Below are positions 40,335-50,559 of a stretch of 64,000 nucleotides of DNA, in pieces; position 1 is the stretch's first letter, and every line of letters starts with the position of its first letter. The notes below the pieces were generated by a model. That model was given only the letters and a program-made list of their open reading frames with translations, made no database searches and had not been told where the DNA came from. The DNA comes from Actinomycetota bacterium (lineage in GTDB: Bacteria; Actinomycetota; Acidimicrobiia; Spongiisociales; UBA11373). The position numbers were made by a program, and so were the translations under genes. The stretch covers positions 2,841 through 66,840 of the forward strand of contig VGBK01000002.1 in the NCBI GenBank assembly GCA_016870535.1. Reading direction: 5' to 3'.

Positions 40335-42713
40335 TCAGCCTCCTCTGAGCCGGCCGCCCACGGAGGCGCCGACCCCATCGGTGATCCGGGCGCGCACCGG
40401 CACGAGATCCTCGTCGGTGAGCGTTCGCTGCGGGTGACGGAAGGTCAGTCGGACGGCCAGGCTCTTGCGCCCTTCGCCCAACGGGCCGCCGCGAAACAGG
40501 TCGAACAACTCCAACCGCTCCAGCCAGGGGCCCGCCGCACCCCGCACCGCCTCGAGCAGGGACGCGGCGGGAACCTCCTCGGCCAAGTCGAAGGCGAGGT
40601 CGAACACCGCCGGCGGGTAAGGGCTCGGCACGGCGAAGGACCTGATCCCGGCCGGAGCGAGCAGGGCGTCGAGGTCGAAGTCCCCCGCAGCCACCCGCGT
40701 GGTGAGGCCGAAGCGGGCCGCCACCGCCGGGTGCAACTCCCCGACCACCCCCACCGCCTTCCCCTCCACCAGAACCCGGCCGCCCCGCCCCGGATGGAAG
40801 GGGGCGGCGACGACCTGCTCCAGTTGGTAGTCCACACCCAGGCTCGCCGCCAGGGCCTCCCACAGGCCCACCGCGTCGTGGGCGTCGCGCTCGGGGGCCT
40901 CCCCTTCCCAGCGCGCCTCCGCTCGCCTCCCGGCAGCCGCGAACGCCAGCCGCGACGGCTGCTCGGGCAGCTCCCCGGCAGCCGGGAAGAACACCCGCCC
41001 CATCTCGAACAGGGCGGCGTCGCCTCGCCCGCGGGCGGCGTTGGCCCGCAGCGCGCCCAGCAGCCCCGGCAGGAGGCTGGTGCGCAGGAACGCCTGCTCT
41101 TCGCTCAGCGGGTTGCGCACCCGCACCGGCACCCGGCGGCGGTCTCCCTCGGGCAGGCCCAGGGCTTCGACCTCATCGCTCCCCTGGAAGGAGAAGCTGA
41201 GCACTTCGAAACACCCCGCCGCCACCAGGGCCCGGCGCAGCCGGCGGCGGCGCTGCTCCTCGACGGGCAAGCCCTCTCCCACCCCCTTGGGCAGGCGGGA
41301 CGGGAACTCGTCGTAGCCGTGCAGGCGGGCGATCTCCTCCACCAGGTCGGCCGCGCGGGTCACATCGGGCCGGTAGGTCGGAACCGTCACCTGCCAGGGA
41401 TCGCCGCCCGTCACCCTGAAGCCCAGCCGGGTCAGCAGGCCCGTGATGCGCCTCGCCCCCAGTTCCACCCCGAGCAGCCTTCCCGGCTCCCGGCGCGGCA
41501 GCGGCACCACCCAGGGCTCGATCGGCGCCGGGTAGAGGTCGATGAAGCCCCCGGCCACCTCTCCCCCCGCCAGATCCGCCATGAGGCGAGCCGCCCGGGC
41601 TGAGGCCAGGGGCGGTAGGGCCGGGTCCACCCCCCTTTCGAACCGGGCACCCGCCTCGCTCCGCAGGCCATGCCGCTTGCCGCTCAGCAGGATCCCCGCC
41701 GCGGCGAAGTGGGCCACCTCCAGGAAGACCCGGCTGGTCTGGGGGCGCACCTCCGAGGACTCACCGCCCATGACGCCGGCCAGGGCCAGCGGGCCCCCGG
41801 GCGAAGCGATGAGGAGGTCCTCGGGGTCGAGGCGGCGCTCCACTCCGTCGAGGGTGGTGAGAGTCTCTTCCGGAAGGGCCCGGCGCACCACCAGCGTCTC
41901 CGCCGGGATGAGATCCAGGTCGAAGGCGTGGATGGGCTGGCCCAGCTCCAGCATCACGTAGTTGGTCACGTCGACCACGTTGTTGATCGGCCGCACCCCG
42001 GCGTGACGCAGGCGCAACTGCATCCACAGCGGTGAAGGCCCCACCGTGAGACCGCGCACCTCCCGGGCGGTGAAGCGCGGGCAGCGCTCCGGGTCCTCCA
42101 CAACGGCGCGGCCCGTGGTGGGCGCACCGGTGGGGCCCTCCTCTCCTTCGGGGGCCCGCAACGCCACCCCAAACCTGGCGGCCAGATCGCGCGCCAGGCC
42201 GAAGATCGACATGGCGTCGGGCCGGTTCGGGGTGACGGTGACCTCGAAGAGAGCGTCGGGGAAGGCCAGGCAGGAGGCGAAGTCGGCCCCGATCGGGTAC
42301 CCCTCGTCGAGGACCAGGATCCCGGCCGACTCCTCGGCGAGTCCCAGTTCGGCAGCCGAGCAGATCATGCCCCGCGAGACGACGCCGCGGATCTCCCGCT
42401 CCCCCACTTCCAGCCCGCCGGCGAGCACCGCGCCTACGGTGGAGAGGGGGACGATCGCCCCGGCCTCGAAGTTCCATGCCCCGCAGACGACCTCCTGCTC
42501 GCCGGCGCCCGTGTCGAGACGGGCCAGGCGCAGCTTGTCGGCCCGGGGGTGGGGTCGAACCTCGACCACCCGCGCTACCACCACCCCGGAGAACGGGGCG
42601 ACCACACGGCGCACGCCCTCTACCTCGTGCCCCAGGGCCGAGAGAGCGCGGGCTACCTCGTCGGCGTCGTCGGGCAGGGCGGCGAACTCCCGGAGCCAGC
42701 GCAGCGAGATCAT
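40335..42713 (-). CDS. pheT: Phenylalanine--tRNA ligase beta subunit.
   Basis: MISLRWLREF... with the tRNA-binding domain, B3/B4 and B5 domains. ATG at 42713 overlaps the pheS stop (ATGA). Confidence 0.85.
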   Translation of the reverse strand: MISLRWLREFAALPDDADEVARALSALGHEVEGVRRVVAPFSGVVVARVVEVRPHPRADKLRLARLDTGAGEQEVVCGAWNFEAGAIVPLSTVGAVLAGGLEVGEREIRGVVSRGMICSAAELGLAEESAGILVLDEGYPIGADFASCLAFPDALFEVTVTPNRPDAMSIFGLARDLAARFGVALRAPEGEEGPTGAPTTGRAVVEDPERCPRFTAREVRGLTVGPSPLWMQLRLRHAGVRPINNVVDVTNYVMLELGQPIHAFDLDLIPAETLVVRRALPEETLTTLDGVERRLDPEDLLIASPGGPLALAGVMGGESSEVRPQTSRVFLEVAHFAAAGILLSGKRHGLRSEAGARFERGVDPALPPLASARAARLMADLAGGEVAGGFIDLYPAPIEPWVVPLPRREPGRLLGVELGARRITGLLTRLGFRVTGGDPWQVTVPTYRPDVTRAADLVEEIARLHGYDEFPSRLPKGVGEGLPVEEQRRRRLRRALVAAGCFEVLSFSFQGSDEVEALGLPEGDRRRVPVRVRNPLSEEQAFLRTSLLPGLLGALRANAARGRGDAALFEMGRVFFPAAGELPEQPSRLAFAAAGRRAEARWEGEAPERDAHDAVGLWEALAASLGVDYQLEQVVAAPFHPGRGGRVLVEGKAVGVVGELHPAVAARFGLTTRVAAGDFDLDALLAPAGIRSFAVPSPYPPAVFDLAFDLAEEVPAASLLEAVRGAAGPWLERLELFDLFRGGPLGEGRKSLAVRLTFRHPQRTLTDEDLVPVRARITDGVGASVGGRLRGG

Positions 42714-43756
42714 CGGTACTGCTCCAGCACCCGCAGGTCCGGATCGAAGAAGAAGCGCAGTTCGGGCACCCCGTAGCGGATCATCGCCAGGCGGTCCACC
42801 CCCACCCCGAAGGCGAAACCCGAGACCGACGCCGGGTCGTAGCCCACCGCCTCGAAGACGTTGGGGTCGACCATGCCGCAGCCCAGCAATTCGATCCAGC
42901 CGCTCCCGCCGCACACCCGGCAGCCGCCTCCTTCGCAGGAGAAGCACGAGGTGAGCATCTCGGCGGAAGGCTCGGTGAACGGGAAGAAGTGGGGCACGAA
43001 GCGCACCCGCTGGCCCGGCCCGAAGAACTCCCGGGCGAAATGGGCCAGGGTTCCTTTGAGGTCGGCGAAGGTGACGCCGGCATCCACCGCCAACCCCTCC
43101 ATCTGATGGAAGACGGGGGTGTGCGTGGCATCCGTGGTGTCGCGCCGGAAGACGCGGCCCGGGGAGACGATGTAGACCGGCGGCGGATGCTGCTCCATGT
43201 AGCGGGCCTGCACGGGGGAGGTCTGGGTACGCAGGAGCACCCCCTCCGGATCGGGGCCGTGCACCACGTAGAGGGTGTCGCTCTCTAGGCGAGCGGGATG
43301 GGTGGGCGGGGTGTTGAGGGCGTCGAAGTTGTAGAAGGCCGTCTCCACCTCGGGGCCGTCGGCCACCGTGTAGCCCAGCGCCACGAAGACGTCGGTGACC
43401 TCTTCGAGCACCTGCATCACCAAGTGGGCGGCCCCCGGCCGCACTCCCCGGCCGGGCAGGGTGATGTCGAGGCGCTCCGCATCGAGGCGACTCGCCTCCT
43501 CGGCCGCCGCCACCAGGAAGCGCCGTTCTGCCAGGCGCTCCGCCAGTCGGGCGGCGATCTCGTTGATGGCCCGCCCTGCCTCCCGCCGCGCCCCTTCGGG
43601 CAAGGCTCGCAGGCCCCGGCGCGCCTCGGCCAGCGCCGAGGCGTTGCCCAGCACCTCACGCTCCAGAGCCTCGATCGCCGCCGCGGCGGTGGCGCCTTCG
43701 AGCCGGCGCATGGCCTCCGCTTCCACGGCGAGCAGGCCCGCCAGGGTGTCGTCCAC
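42710..43756 (-). CDS. pheS: Phenylalanine--tRNA ligase alpha subunit.
   Basis: Class II aaRS motifs (FRRDTTDATHTPVFHQMEG, GFAFGVGVDRLAM). Confidence 0.9.
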   Translation of the reverse strand: MDDTLAGLLAVEAEAMRRLEGATAAAAIEALEREVLGNASALAEARRGLRALPEGARREAGRAINEIAARLAERLAERRFLVAAAEEASRLDAERLDITLPGRGVRPGAAHLVMQVLEEVTDVFVALGYTVADGPEVETAFYNFDALNTPPTHPARLESDTLYVVHGPDPEGVLLRTQTSPVQARYMEQHPPPVYIVSPGRVFRRDTTDATHTPVFHQMEGLAVDAGVTFADLKGTLAHFAREFFGPGQRVRFVPHFFPFTEPSAEMLTSCFSCEGGGCRVCGGSGWIELLGCGMVDPNVFEAVGYDPASVSGFAFGVGVDRLAMIRYGVPELRFFFDPDLRVLEQYR

Positions 43757-43798
43757 GGCATCGCAGGTTAGTTGAGGGCCCGCCGTCTCCGGCCGAGT

Positions 43799-44419
43799 TC
43801 AGCCGGCTGCGGGCCGCTCGGCGCGGCGGGCCACCTCATAGGCCACGATCGCCCCCGCCACCGCGGCGTTGAGGCTCTCCGTGCCCCCGCGCATGGGGAT
43901 GGTGACCGCCAGGTCGCAGGCCCCCGCCACCTCTTCTGGAAGGCCCCGGGCCTCATCCCCGACCAGGATGGCCAACGGGCCCGGCGGCAGCCCCATCGGG
44001 GGCGAGCCTCCCCGGGGTACGGTGGCCACCAGGCGGCGCCCGCCGGCGCGCAGCGCCTCCAGCGCGTCCACCGCGGCCACCCCGGTGCGGAAGTGGCCGC
44101 CGGCGGCGGAGCGCAGCACCTTGGGCGCCCAGGCATCGGCCGTTCCCGGACCGACGACGAATCCCAGGCCGAAGGCGGCGGCAGTACGGATCAGCGTCCC
44201 CAGGTTGCCGGGATCGCCCACTCCCCAGGCTGCCATCAGGTCCCCTGCCGGAGCCACCGGCGTCGCGGGCACCAGGATCACCGCCGCCGGGCTCCGGGGG
44301 TGCTCGGTGGTGGCCAGGCGCTTCAGGCCGCGCTCGTCGACCACCACGAGGTCGGCCCCACAGCGATGCGCCGCCTGCGCCGAAGCGGTGTCGCCGGGCA
44401 GGGCAAAGACCCGTTCCAC
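43799..44419 (-). CDS. TrmH/SpoU-family RNA 2'-O-methyltransferase.
   Basis: SPOUT motifs (GNLGTLIRTAAAFG, ...GGTESLNAAVAGAIVAYE). GTG start. Confidence 0.7.
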   Translation of the reverse strand: MERVFALPGDTASAQAAHRCGADLVVVDERGLKRLATTEHPRSPAAVILVPATPVAPAGDLMAAWGVGDPGNLGTLIRTAAAFGLGFVVGPGTADAWAPKVLRSAAGGHFRTGVAAVDALEALRAGGRRLVATVPRGGSPPMGLPPGPLAILVGDEARGLPEEVAGACDLAVTIPMRGGTESLNAAVAGAIVAYEVARRAERPAAG

Positions 44420-44558
44420 CCGGATTCCGGCAACGAGGGCCTCGGCGAGCAGGTGCGGCCCTTCGAGGAGGGCGCGCCCGGTGAGCTGCCGGCTTCGAGC
44501 CTCGCGCAGGCGGGCCGCCTCCAGGAGCCGCCGGCTGTGGGGCGAGGCGACGGCGGGC

Positions 44559-44918
44559 TCAGCCGTCGGACTTCCCCGCCGCGGTCGCCACCAGCTGGCC
44601 GAAGGCTCGTGGATCGCGGACCGCCAGGTCGGCGAGCATCTTGCGGTCGATGTCGATCTCGGCGGCGCGCAGGTCGGCCATGAGGCGGGAGTAGGTGGTG
44701 CCGTGCTGCCGGGCGGCGGCGTTGATCCGGGCGATCCAGAGGCGCCGGAAGTCGCCCTTGCGCGCCCGCCGGTCGCGGTAGGCGTCCTGCATGGCGTTCA
44801 TCACCTGCTCGTGGGCGGTGCGCAGGCGGCGGCTGCGGGACCCCTTGTACCCCTTGGCCTGCTCCATTATGCGGCGGCGGCCCTTGCGGCTGTTGACCGA
44901 GCGCTTGACGCGTGCCAT
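44559..44918 (-). CDS. rplT: 50S ribosomal protein L20.
   Basis: [17 protein letters not shown]... is the canonical L20 sequence. Confidence 0.9.
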   Translation of the reverse strand: MARVKRSVNSRKGRRRIMEQAKGYKGSRSRRLRTAHEQVMNAMQDAYRDRRARKGDFRRLWIARINAAARQHGTTYSRLMADLRAAEIDIDRKMLADLAVRDPRAFGQLVATAAGKSDG

Positions 44919-44921
44919 GAC

Positions 44922-45122
44922 CTACCTCCCCAACAGGCGCCCGACCCGGCGCCGATCGCCCGCGGAGACGTTCGCCTCGCCGCCGAGACGGGTCAAGCGG
45001 GTGCTCCGGGGCTTCTTGCCCACCTTGAGGTGCTTGGCTCCGGCCTGCCGGCGGCGCAGGCGGCCGGTGCCGGTCACCTTGATGCGCTTCGCCGTCGCCC
45101 GGCTGGTCTTGGTCTTGGGCAT
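44922..45122 (-). CDS. rpmI: 50S ribosomal protein L35.
   Basis: MPKTKTSRATAKRIKVTGTG... The start is taken at the Met preceding PKTK, 5 nt after the infC stop. Confidence 0.85.
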   Translation of the reverse strand: MPKTKTSRATAKRIKVTGTGRLRRRQAGAKHLKVGKKPRSTRLTRLGGEANVSAGDRRRVGRLLGR

Positions 45123-45127
45123 GGTCC

Positions 45128-45691
45128 TCACTCCTCGGCCGCGGGGGTGGCAGCCGTCTCGGCTTCCCGCAGGCGGCGGGGCTTGCGCTCCGGCGCCAAT
45201 TGCATGGTCATGTTTCGTCCTTCGAGCGCCGGCGGCATCTCGACGGCCCCCGCTCCTGCCACATCTTCGGCGAGGCGGCGCAGGATCCGCTCGCCGATCT
45301 CGGGATGGGTGATCTCCCGGCCCCGGAACATCATCGTGATCTTGACCTTGTCGCCCTCCTCCAGGAACTCCACCACCCTCCGCTTCTTCACCTCGAAGTC
45401 GTGGGCGTCGATCTTGGGGCGGAACTTCACTTCCTTGATCACGGTCCGGGTCTGCTTCTTGCGGGCCTCACGCTGACGGACCGACTGCTCGTACTTGTAC
45501 TTGCCGTAGTCCATCAGCCGGCACACGGGCGGGTTGGCCTCGGGGGCCACTTCGACTACGTCGAGGCCGAGTTGCACGGCCAGCCACTGGGCCTCCTCGA
45601 TGCTCTTGACCCCGATCTGCGAACCGTCCGGGGCCACCAACCTCACTTCGCGCGCCCGTATGCGCTCGTTGACACGCAGTTCCTGTGCTAT
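45128..45691 (-). CDS. infC: Translation initiation factor IF-3, with a non-AUG start codon.
   Basis: IF-3 N- and C-domains (…VRLVAPDGSQIGV…, KEVKFRPKIDAHDFEVKKRRVVEFLEEGDKVKITMMFRGRE). The GGAGGAG ribosome-binding site is followed by an ATA codon at 45691, with no in-frame AUG or GUG. The track ORF is extended far upstream. Confidence 0.8.
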   Translation of the reverse strand: MAQELRVNERIRAREVRLVAPDGSQIGVKSIEEAQWLAVQLGLDVVEVAPEANPPVCRLMDYGKYKYEQSVRQREARKKQTRTVIKEVKFRPKIDAHDFEVKKRRVVEFLEEGDKVKITMMFRGREITHPEIGERILRRLAEDVAGAGAVEMPPALEGRNMTMQLAPERKPRRLREAETAATPAAEE

Positions 45692-45701
45692 CGCTCCTCC
45701 T

Positions 45702-45740
45702 GTGGCCAAAGAAAAGACGGCAGGCTGCTGCCGTCTCCGG
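45702..45740 (-). terminator. Terminator-like hairpin in the infC 5' leader (candidate L20-responsive attenuator).
   Basis: The minus-strand RNA reads GGAGACGGCAGCAGCCUGCCGUCUUUUCUUUGG, a GC stem followed by a U tract, about 12 nt upstream of the infC ribosome-binding site. Confidence 0.45.
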
Positions 45741-45884
45741 TGAGAGAAACCGCGGCACGCTCTGAAGCGGCCGGGTGGGAAGCAGCGCCTCCGCTTGGTC
45801 TGGGTTGTCGGCGGGAGTATACGGGAGCACCGGGGCGAGTCCAACCTCCCCAGGCGGCTGCGTACCGCGCGTATCATGCCCTGG

Positions 45885-46237
45885 TGCCCTCTGCCCCGCC
45901 CCCGCCATCGCTCTACCGCGACCGCTGGATCGAATGCACCCCCGAGCAACTGCTCATCCGCGGCTACTACTTCCCGTACGGCCCCCCCAAGGCCATCGCC
46001 TACTCGAAGGTCCGCTCCGTCGAGCGCTTCCCCCTCACCACCTGGACGGGCAAGTGGCGGATCTGGGGCACGAGCAGCCCCCGCTACTGGGCCCACCTGG
46101 ATCCCGGCCGCCCCCACAAGGCCGTCGGGCTCCTGCTGGACCTCGGCGGTTTCGTCCGCCCGTGGATCACCCCCGACGACCCCGACGCGGTGGAAGAGAT
46201 CATCAACCGCCGCCGCCTCGCCCCCGGCTCTCCCTGA
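45885..46237 (+). CDS. Hypothetical protein, about 117 aa.
   Basis: GTG at 45885 begins SLYRDRWIECTPEQLLIRGYYFPYGPPKAIAYSKVRSVERF... Divergent from the infC leader. No family recognised. The track ORF from 45200 is antisense to infC and rejected upstream of this start. Confidence 0.35.
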
Positions 46238-46286
46238 AGCCGGCCCCCGCCCTCTCTCCCGCCGCCGCCCGGCCCGTACCGGCTCG

Positions 46287-47021
46287 TCACCCCTCCTCGA
46301 CCTCGGTCTGGCGACGGCCCGCCGTAGCCGGGAACAGCACCCGCTGGAACCCCGGTCGCTCGAAGCGCTCCACTCCCGGCCAGGCCAGCGCCTCCATGAA
46401 CACCCACGACCGGCGGTGGATGGCGCTCGGTCCCAGCCACTGCAGCGCCGCCCGGTGGCGCGGCCCCGGGTAGCCCTTGTTGGCCTCGAACCAGTAGGCG
46501 GGAAAGTGCTCGGCCTCGGAGCGCATGAGGCGGTCGCGGGTCACCTTGGCCAGGATCGAGGCGGCGGCGATCGACAGGCACGAGGCATCTCCCCGCACCA
46601 CGCTCCGCGCCCCCCCGACGAAGTCCCAGGCGCCGTCCACCAGCACCGCATCTGGAGCCACACCGAGGGACTCCAGGGCGCGTCGCGCCGCCAGGCGCTG
46701 CGCCTCCGACATGCCCAGGGCGTCGCACTCCTCGGGCGAGGCGTGGCCCGTCGCCCAAGCGCGACACCACCCGGCCACCCGGCCGAAGAGCGCCTCGCGC
46801 TCTTCCTCGTTGAGCATCTTGGAGTCGCGCACCTTGTAGACCCGCCGGTCGGGGGGCAGCACTGCCGCTCCCACCGTCAGCGGCCCCGCCCAGGCTCCCC
46901 GGCCTACCTCGTCCATGCCCACCACCGTCCGCGCCCCTCCCTCCCAGATCTCGCGCTCCAGCGCCAGGCCGGGCGCCTTCCCCCTGAGCGAGGGCCGCAG
47001 GCCCGGGACTCCCCCGGTCAC
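46287..47021 (-). CDS. rnhB: Ribonuclease HII.
   Basis: GMDEVGRGAWAGPLTVGAAVL ... DSKML ... motifs of RNase HII. Confidence 0.85.
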   Translation of the reverse strand: MTGGVPGLRPSLRGKAPGLALEREIWEGGARTVVGMDEVGRGAWAGPLTVGAAVLPPDRRVYKVRDSKMLNEEEREALFGRVAGWCRAWATGHASPEECDALGMSEAQRLAARRALESLGVAPDAVLVDGAWDFVGGARSVVRGDASCLSIAAASILAKVTRDRLMRSEAEHFPAYWFEANKGYPGPRHRAALQWLGPSAIHRRSWVFMEALAWPGVERFERPGFQRVLFPATAGRRQTEVEEG

Positions 47022-47497
47022 CGGTCGGGGCCGCCCGCCCGGCCGCCCAGGCGGCGGATGGCGGCAGCCGCCTGCACCGCCGCCTCGGCCGCCTCGGCTC
47101 CCTTGTTGCCCGGGCCGGGCAGGCTGCGGGCGCGGGCCTGTTCCGCCTTGCGGGCGGTGAGCACCCCCAGCGCCACGGGCACCCCGGTGGTCAACGCCAC
47201 CTGCTGCAAGCCGGCGATGGTCTGCGCGGCCACGTGCTCGTAGTGGTCGGTCTCGCCCTTGATGACCGCTCCGAGCGCCACCACGGCGTCACAGCCCGAT
47301 GCCACCAGGGCCTTCGCCGCCACGGGCAACTCGAAGGATCCGGCCACCCGCAGGACGGCGGGATCCTCGACGCCGGCGGCGGCCAGTGCCTCCAGGGCTC
47401 CCTGGAGCAACCCCTCGGTCACGAAGGCGTTGAAGGCGGCGACGGCCACCCCGACCTTCAGGCCCCTCCCGGCGACGGGTCCCTCAGGCTCAGGCAT
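47018..47497 (-). CDS. ribH: 6,7-dimethyl-8-ribityllumazine synthase.
   Basis: [16 protein letters not shown] ... [15 protein letters not shown] lumazine synthase signature. Confidence 0.9.
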   Translation of the reverse strand: MPEPEGPVAGRGLKVGVAVAAFNAFVTEGLLQGALEALAAAGVEDPAVLRVAGSFELPVAAKALVASGCDAVVALGAVIKGETDHYEHVAAQTIAGLQQVALTTGVPVALGVLTARKAEQARARSLPGPGNKGAEAAEAAVQAAAAIRRLGGRAGGPDR

Positions 47498-48710
47498 CCG
47501 GTTCCTCCCCCAGGTCGAGCAGGTGCCCCATCTTGGCCGCCTTGGTGGTGAGATAGCGGCGGTTCTCGGCCGTGGGCCGGGTCTGCAGTGGTTCCCGCGC
47601 CGTGATGCTCAGGCCGTACCCCTCGAGCCCGGCGCGCTTGGCCGGGTTGTTGGTCAGCAGCCGCATGCTGGTCACCCCCAGGTCGGCCAGGATCTGAGCG
47701 CCGATGCCGTAGTCGCGGGCATCCACCGGGAGGCCCAGATCCTCGTTGGCCTCCACGGTGTCTCGCCCGTTCTCCTGCAGCGCATAGGCGGCCAGTTTGT
47801 GCAGGAGGCCGATGCCGCGCCCCTCGTGCCCGCGCAGGTAGAGGACCACGCCGCACCCCTCCTCCGCCACCCGGCGCAAGGCATCGTGAAGCTGGAGCCC
47901 GCAGTCGCAGCGGCGGCTGGCGAACACATCTCCGGTGAGGCACTCCGAGTGCACCCGCACCAGCACCTCGGCGGCTCCCGCTACCTCGCCCCGCACCAGG
48001 GCCACGTGATGGGTGCCGTCGAGCAGCGACTCGAAGCCGACTGCCTGGAAGGGCCCGAACTCGGTGGGCAGCGAGGCCTCGACCACCCGGCGCACCAGCT
48101 TCTCCCGATGGCGCCGGTACGAGATCAGGTCGGCGATGGAGATGAGCGGGAAGCCATGGGCCGCGGCGAAGACCTCCAGTTCGGGGAGGCGCGCCATGCT
48201 CCCGTCGTCGTTCACGACCTCGCACAGCACCCCGGCCGGATAGAGCCCCGCCAGGCGCGCCAGGTCCACCGCCGCCTCGGTGTGGCCCGCCCGGGCCAGC
48301 ACGCCCCCCTCCCGGTAACGCAGCGGGAAGATGTGGCCCGGCCGCGCCAGGTCTCCGGGCCCGGTGCGAGGGTCGACCACCGCCCGGCAGGTAGCCGCCC
48401 GGTCGGCCGCCGAGATGCCGGTGGTGGTGCCGGGGGTGTAGTCCACCGACACGGTGAAAGCGGTGCGGCGCGCGTCGGTGTTCTCCGACACCATCAGCGG
48501 CAGCCGCAGTTCGTCGAGCCGCTCCCCTATCACCGGCAGGCAGATGAGGCCGCTGGTGTGGCGCACCATGAAGCCCAACTGCTCCGCCGTAACCCTCTCG
48601 GCGGCGACGATGAGGTCCCCCTCGTTCTCCCGGTCGGCGTCGTCGACCACCACCACGAACTCGCCCCGGGCGAATGCGGCCACCGCCGCCTCGATCGACG
48701 AGAAGGTCAC
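47490..48710 (-). CDS. ribBA: Bifunctional 3,4-dihydroxy-2-butanone-4-phosphate synthase / GTP cyclohydrolase II.
   Basis: DHBP synthase ([13 protein letters not shown]) and GCHII (CxCxxC ... [10 protein letters not shown]) domains. GTG at 48710 with an AGGAGGGAAG ribosome-binding site. The track start at 49163 is spurious. Confidence 0.85.
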   Translation of the reverse strand: MTFSSIEAAVAAFARGEFVVVVDDADRENEGDLIVAAERVTAEQLGFMVRHTSGLICLPVIGERLDELRLPLMVSENTDARRTAFTVSVDYTPGTTTGISAADRAATCRAVVDPRTGPGDLARPGHIFPLRYREGGVLARAGHTEAAVDLARLAGLYPAGVLCEVVNDDGSMARLPELEVFAAAHGFPLISIADLISYRRHREKLVRRVVEASLPTEFGPFQAVGFESLLDGTHHVALVRGEVAGAAEVLVRVHSECLTGDVFASRRCDCGLQLHDALRRVAEEGCGVVLYLRGHEGRGIGLLHKLAAYALQENGRDTVEANEDLGLPVDARDYGIGAQILADLGVTSMRLLTNNPAKRAGLEGYGLSITAREPLQTRPTAENRRYLTTKAAKMGHLLDLGEEPDA

Positions 48711-49300
48711 CTTCCCTCCTCCAGCAGGCGCTCGACGTACTTGGCGATGACGTCGGCCTCCAGGTTCACCGCGTCCCCCGGCCGGCGCGACCCGAAGAGG
48801 GTCACCTCGAGGGTATGGGGGATCAGCACCACCTCGAACCCGGCGCGGTCCACTCCCGACACGGTGAGGCTCACTCCGTCCACCGCCACCGAGCCCTTCT
48901 CGGCCAGATAGCGGAGCAGGGCGGGCGGAGCGTCCACCCACAGGCGGATCGAGGCTCCTTCGGTCTCGATGGAGCGAACCGTGCCCACCCCGTCGACGTG
49001 GCCCTGGACGATGTGCCCGTCGAAGCGCCCGTCCGCCCGCATGGGGCGCTCGAGGTTGACCCGGGCCCCCTGCCGGAGCAGCCCCAGATTGGACCGGGCC
49101 AGCGTCTCGTCCACCGCCTCCACCGCCACTCTCGATCCCGTCACCTCGACGGCGGTGAGGCACACTCCGTTCACCGCCACCGAGTCCCCCGCCCGCATCC
49201 CGGCCGCCAGGCCGCCCACCTCCAGCAGGAGGCGGCGCTTCCCGCCGACCTCCTCGGCCTCCGCTACGACGCCCATCGCTTCCACGATCCCGGTGAACAT
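48707..49300 (-). CDS. ribE: Riboflavin synthase alpha chain.
   Basis: [10 protein letters not shown] ... two lumazine-binding repeats. ATG at 49300. Confidence 0.85.
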   Translation of the reverse strand: MFTGIVEAMGVVAEAEEVGGKRRLLLEVGGLAAGMRAGDSVAVNGVCLTAVEVTGSRVAVEAVDETLARSNLGLLRQGARVNLERPMRADGRFDGHIVQGHVDGVGTVRSIETEGASIRLWVDAPPALLRYLAEKGSVAVDGVSLTVSGVDRAGFEVVLIPHTLEVTLFGSRRPGDAVNLEADVIAKYVERLLEEGR

Positions 49301-50331
49301 CACACCTCCTCTACGACGAACTCCACACGCAGGTCCGGCCCCACCGGCCGCGCCCCGGTCATCCGCACCGCCCGGGCATCGGCCAGAGTGGCAAAGGGGC
49401 CTGCCAGCGCCGGCGTGCCCTCGCCCCCGCCGAGGCGGGCCCCGAAGTAGAACACCCCGCGATCGACCAGACGCTCCCGCAGCAGCGCCCCGGCCAGCGT
49501 CGGACCTCCCTCCACCAGCACCTCGAGCAGGCCTCGCTCCCCCAGAGCCGCCATGGCCGCCGGCAGGTCTACCCCGCCGGGGCCGGGAACGACCACCACC
49601 TCTCCGCCGCTGCCTGCCGGCGCCGGCGCCAGGACCAGCGGGCGCCGCTCCCACAGACGGGCGGTCTGAGGAAGCGGTCGTCGGCCGGCCACCACCACGG
49701 CGCGCGGCTGCGGGCCCTCGTAGCCTTCGAGGCGCACCGACAGCAACGGGTCGTCGGCCCGCAGCGTCCCCGCCCCGATGACGACCGCGTCGGCTTCCGC
49801 CCGCAGGCGGTGGGCGTCCTCCCGGGCCTCGCCGGAGGTGATCCACTGCGACGTGCCGTCGGCGGCCGCCGCCCGGCCGTCGAGGGTGAGGGCGGCCTTG
49901 AGCGTCACCCGGGGACGTCCGGTGCGCCGGTGATAGAAGTACGCCGGATCCTGCGCCTCGACCTCGGCGGCCGCGATGCCCGACACCACCTCCTTCCCCG
50001 CCGAGCGCAGCCGCGCCAGGCCGCGTCCCGCCACCCTGGGGTCGGGATCCACCGCCCCCACCAGCACCCGGGCTATCCCCGCGGCCAGGATGGCCTCGGT
50101 GCAGGGCGGAGTACGGCCGTGGTGGTCGCACGGCTCGAGGGTCACCACCAGCGTGCCGCCGCGGGCTTGCTCCCCGGCTGCCTCCAGAGCGGCCACTTCG
50201 GCGTGGGCCTTCCCCGGGCCGGAGTGCGCCGCCCGGCTCAACACCCGCCCGGCGGGGTCGAGGACCAGGGCGCCGACGCGCGGGTTGGGGTGGGGGCGGG
50301 TGGACGCGACCAGGGAGATCGCCTCCTTCAT
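49300..50331 (-). CDS. ribD: Bifunctional diaminohydroxyphosphoribosylaminopyrimidine deaminase / 5-amino-6-(5-phosphoribosylamino)uracil reductase.
   Basis: Deaminase HAEVAAL ... [11 protein letters not shown] plus the reductase domain. Met at 50331 (MKEAISLV) with an AGGAGG ribosome-binding site. The track start at 50424 would overlap the riboswitch. Confidence 0.8.
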   Translation of the reverse strand: MKEAISLVASTRPHPNPRVGALVLDPAGRVLSRAAHSGPGKAHAEVAALEAAGEQARGGTLVVTLEPCDHHGRTPPCTEAILAAGIARVLVGAVDPDPRVAGRGLARLRSAGKEVVSGIAAAEVEAQDPAYFYHRRTGRPRVTLKAALTLDGRAAAADGTSQWITSGEAREDAHRLRAEADAVVIGAGTLRADDPLLSVRLEGYEGPQPRAVVVAGRRPLPQTARLWERRPLVLAPAPAGSGGEVVVVPGPGGVDLPAAMAALGERGLLEVLVEGGPTLAGALLRERLVDRGVFYFGARLGGGEGTPALAGPFATLADARAVRMTGARPVGPDLRVEFVVEEV

Positions 50332-50397
50332 GAGCCGCTCCAAGTCCACGACGGCCTCCACCGCAACGGGGGCGCGGCCGCGAGCGAGCGGCGCGAG

Positions 50398-50525
50398 CCC
50401 TCCTTCTCCCATCCGGACTCTCACCGTCGGCCCCGGAGTCGCACCGGGTCGGCCCCCATCGGGGGTTCGCGGGCTGTACCGCCGGTCGGGGATTTCACCC
50501 AGCCCTGAAGAAGGGCCTGACGCCG
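50398..50525 (-). ncRNA. FMN riboswitch (RFN element) in the rib operon leader.
   Basis: The minus-strand RNA reads CUUCAGGGCUGGGUGAAAUCCCCGACCGGCGGUACAGCCCGCGAACC...GACGGUGAGAGUCCGGAUGGGAGAAGGAGG. It matches the conserved RFN blocks (GGGUGAAAUUCCC, ACCGGCGGUA..AGCCCGCGA, GACGGU.AAAGUCCGGAUGGGAGAAGG). Confidence 0.8.
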
Positions 50526-50559
50526 GGGATTCTACCGGCCGCCGGGAACTCCCGGACGG

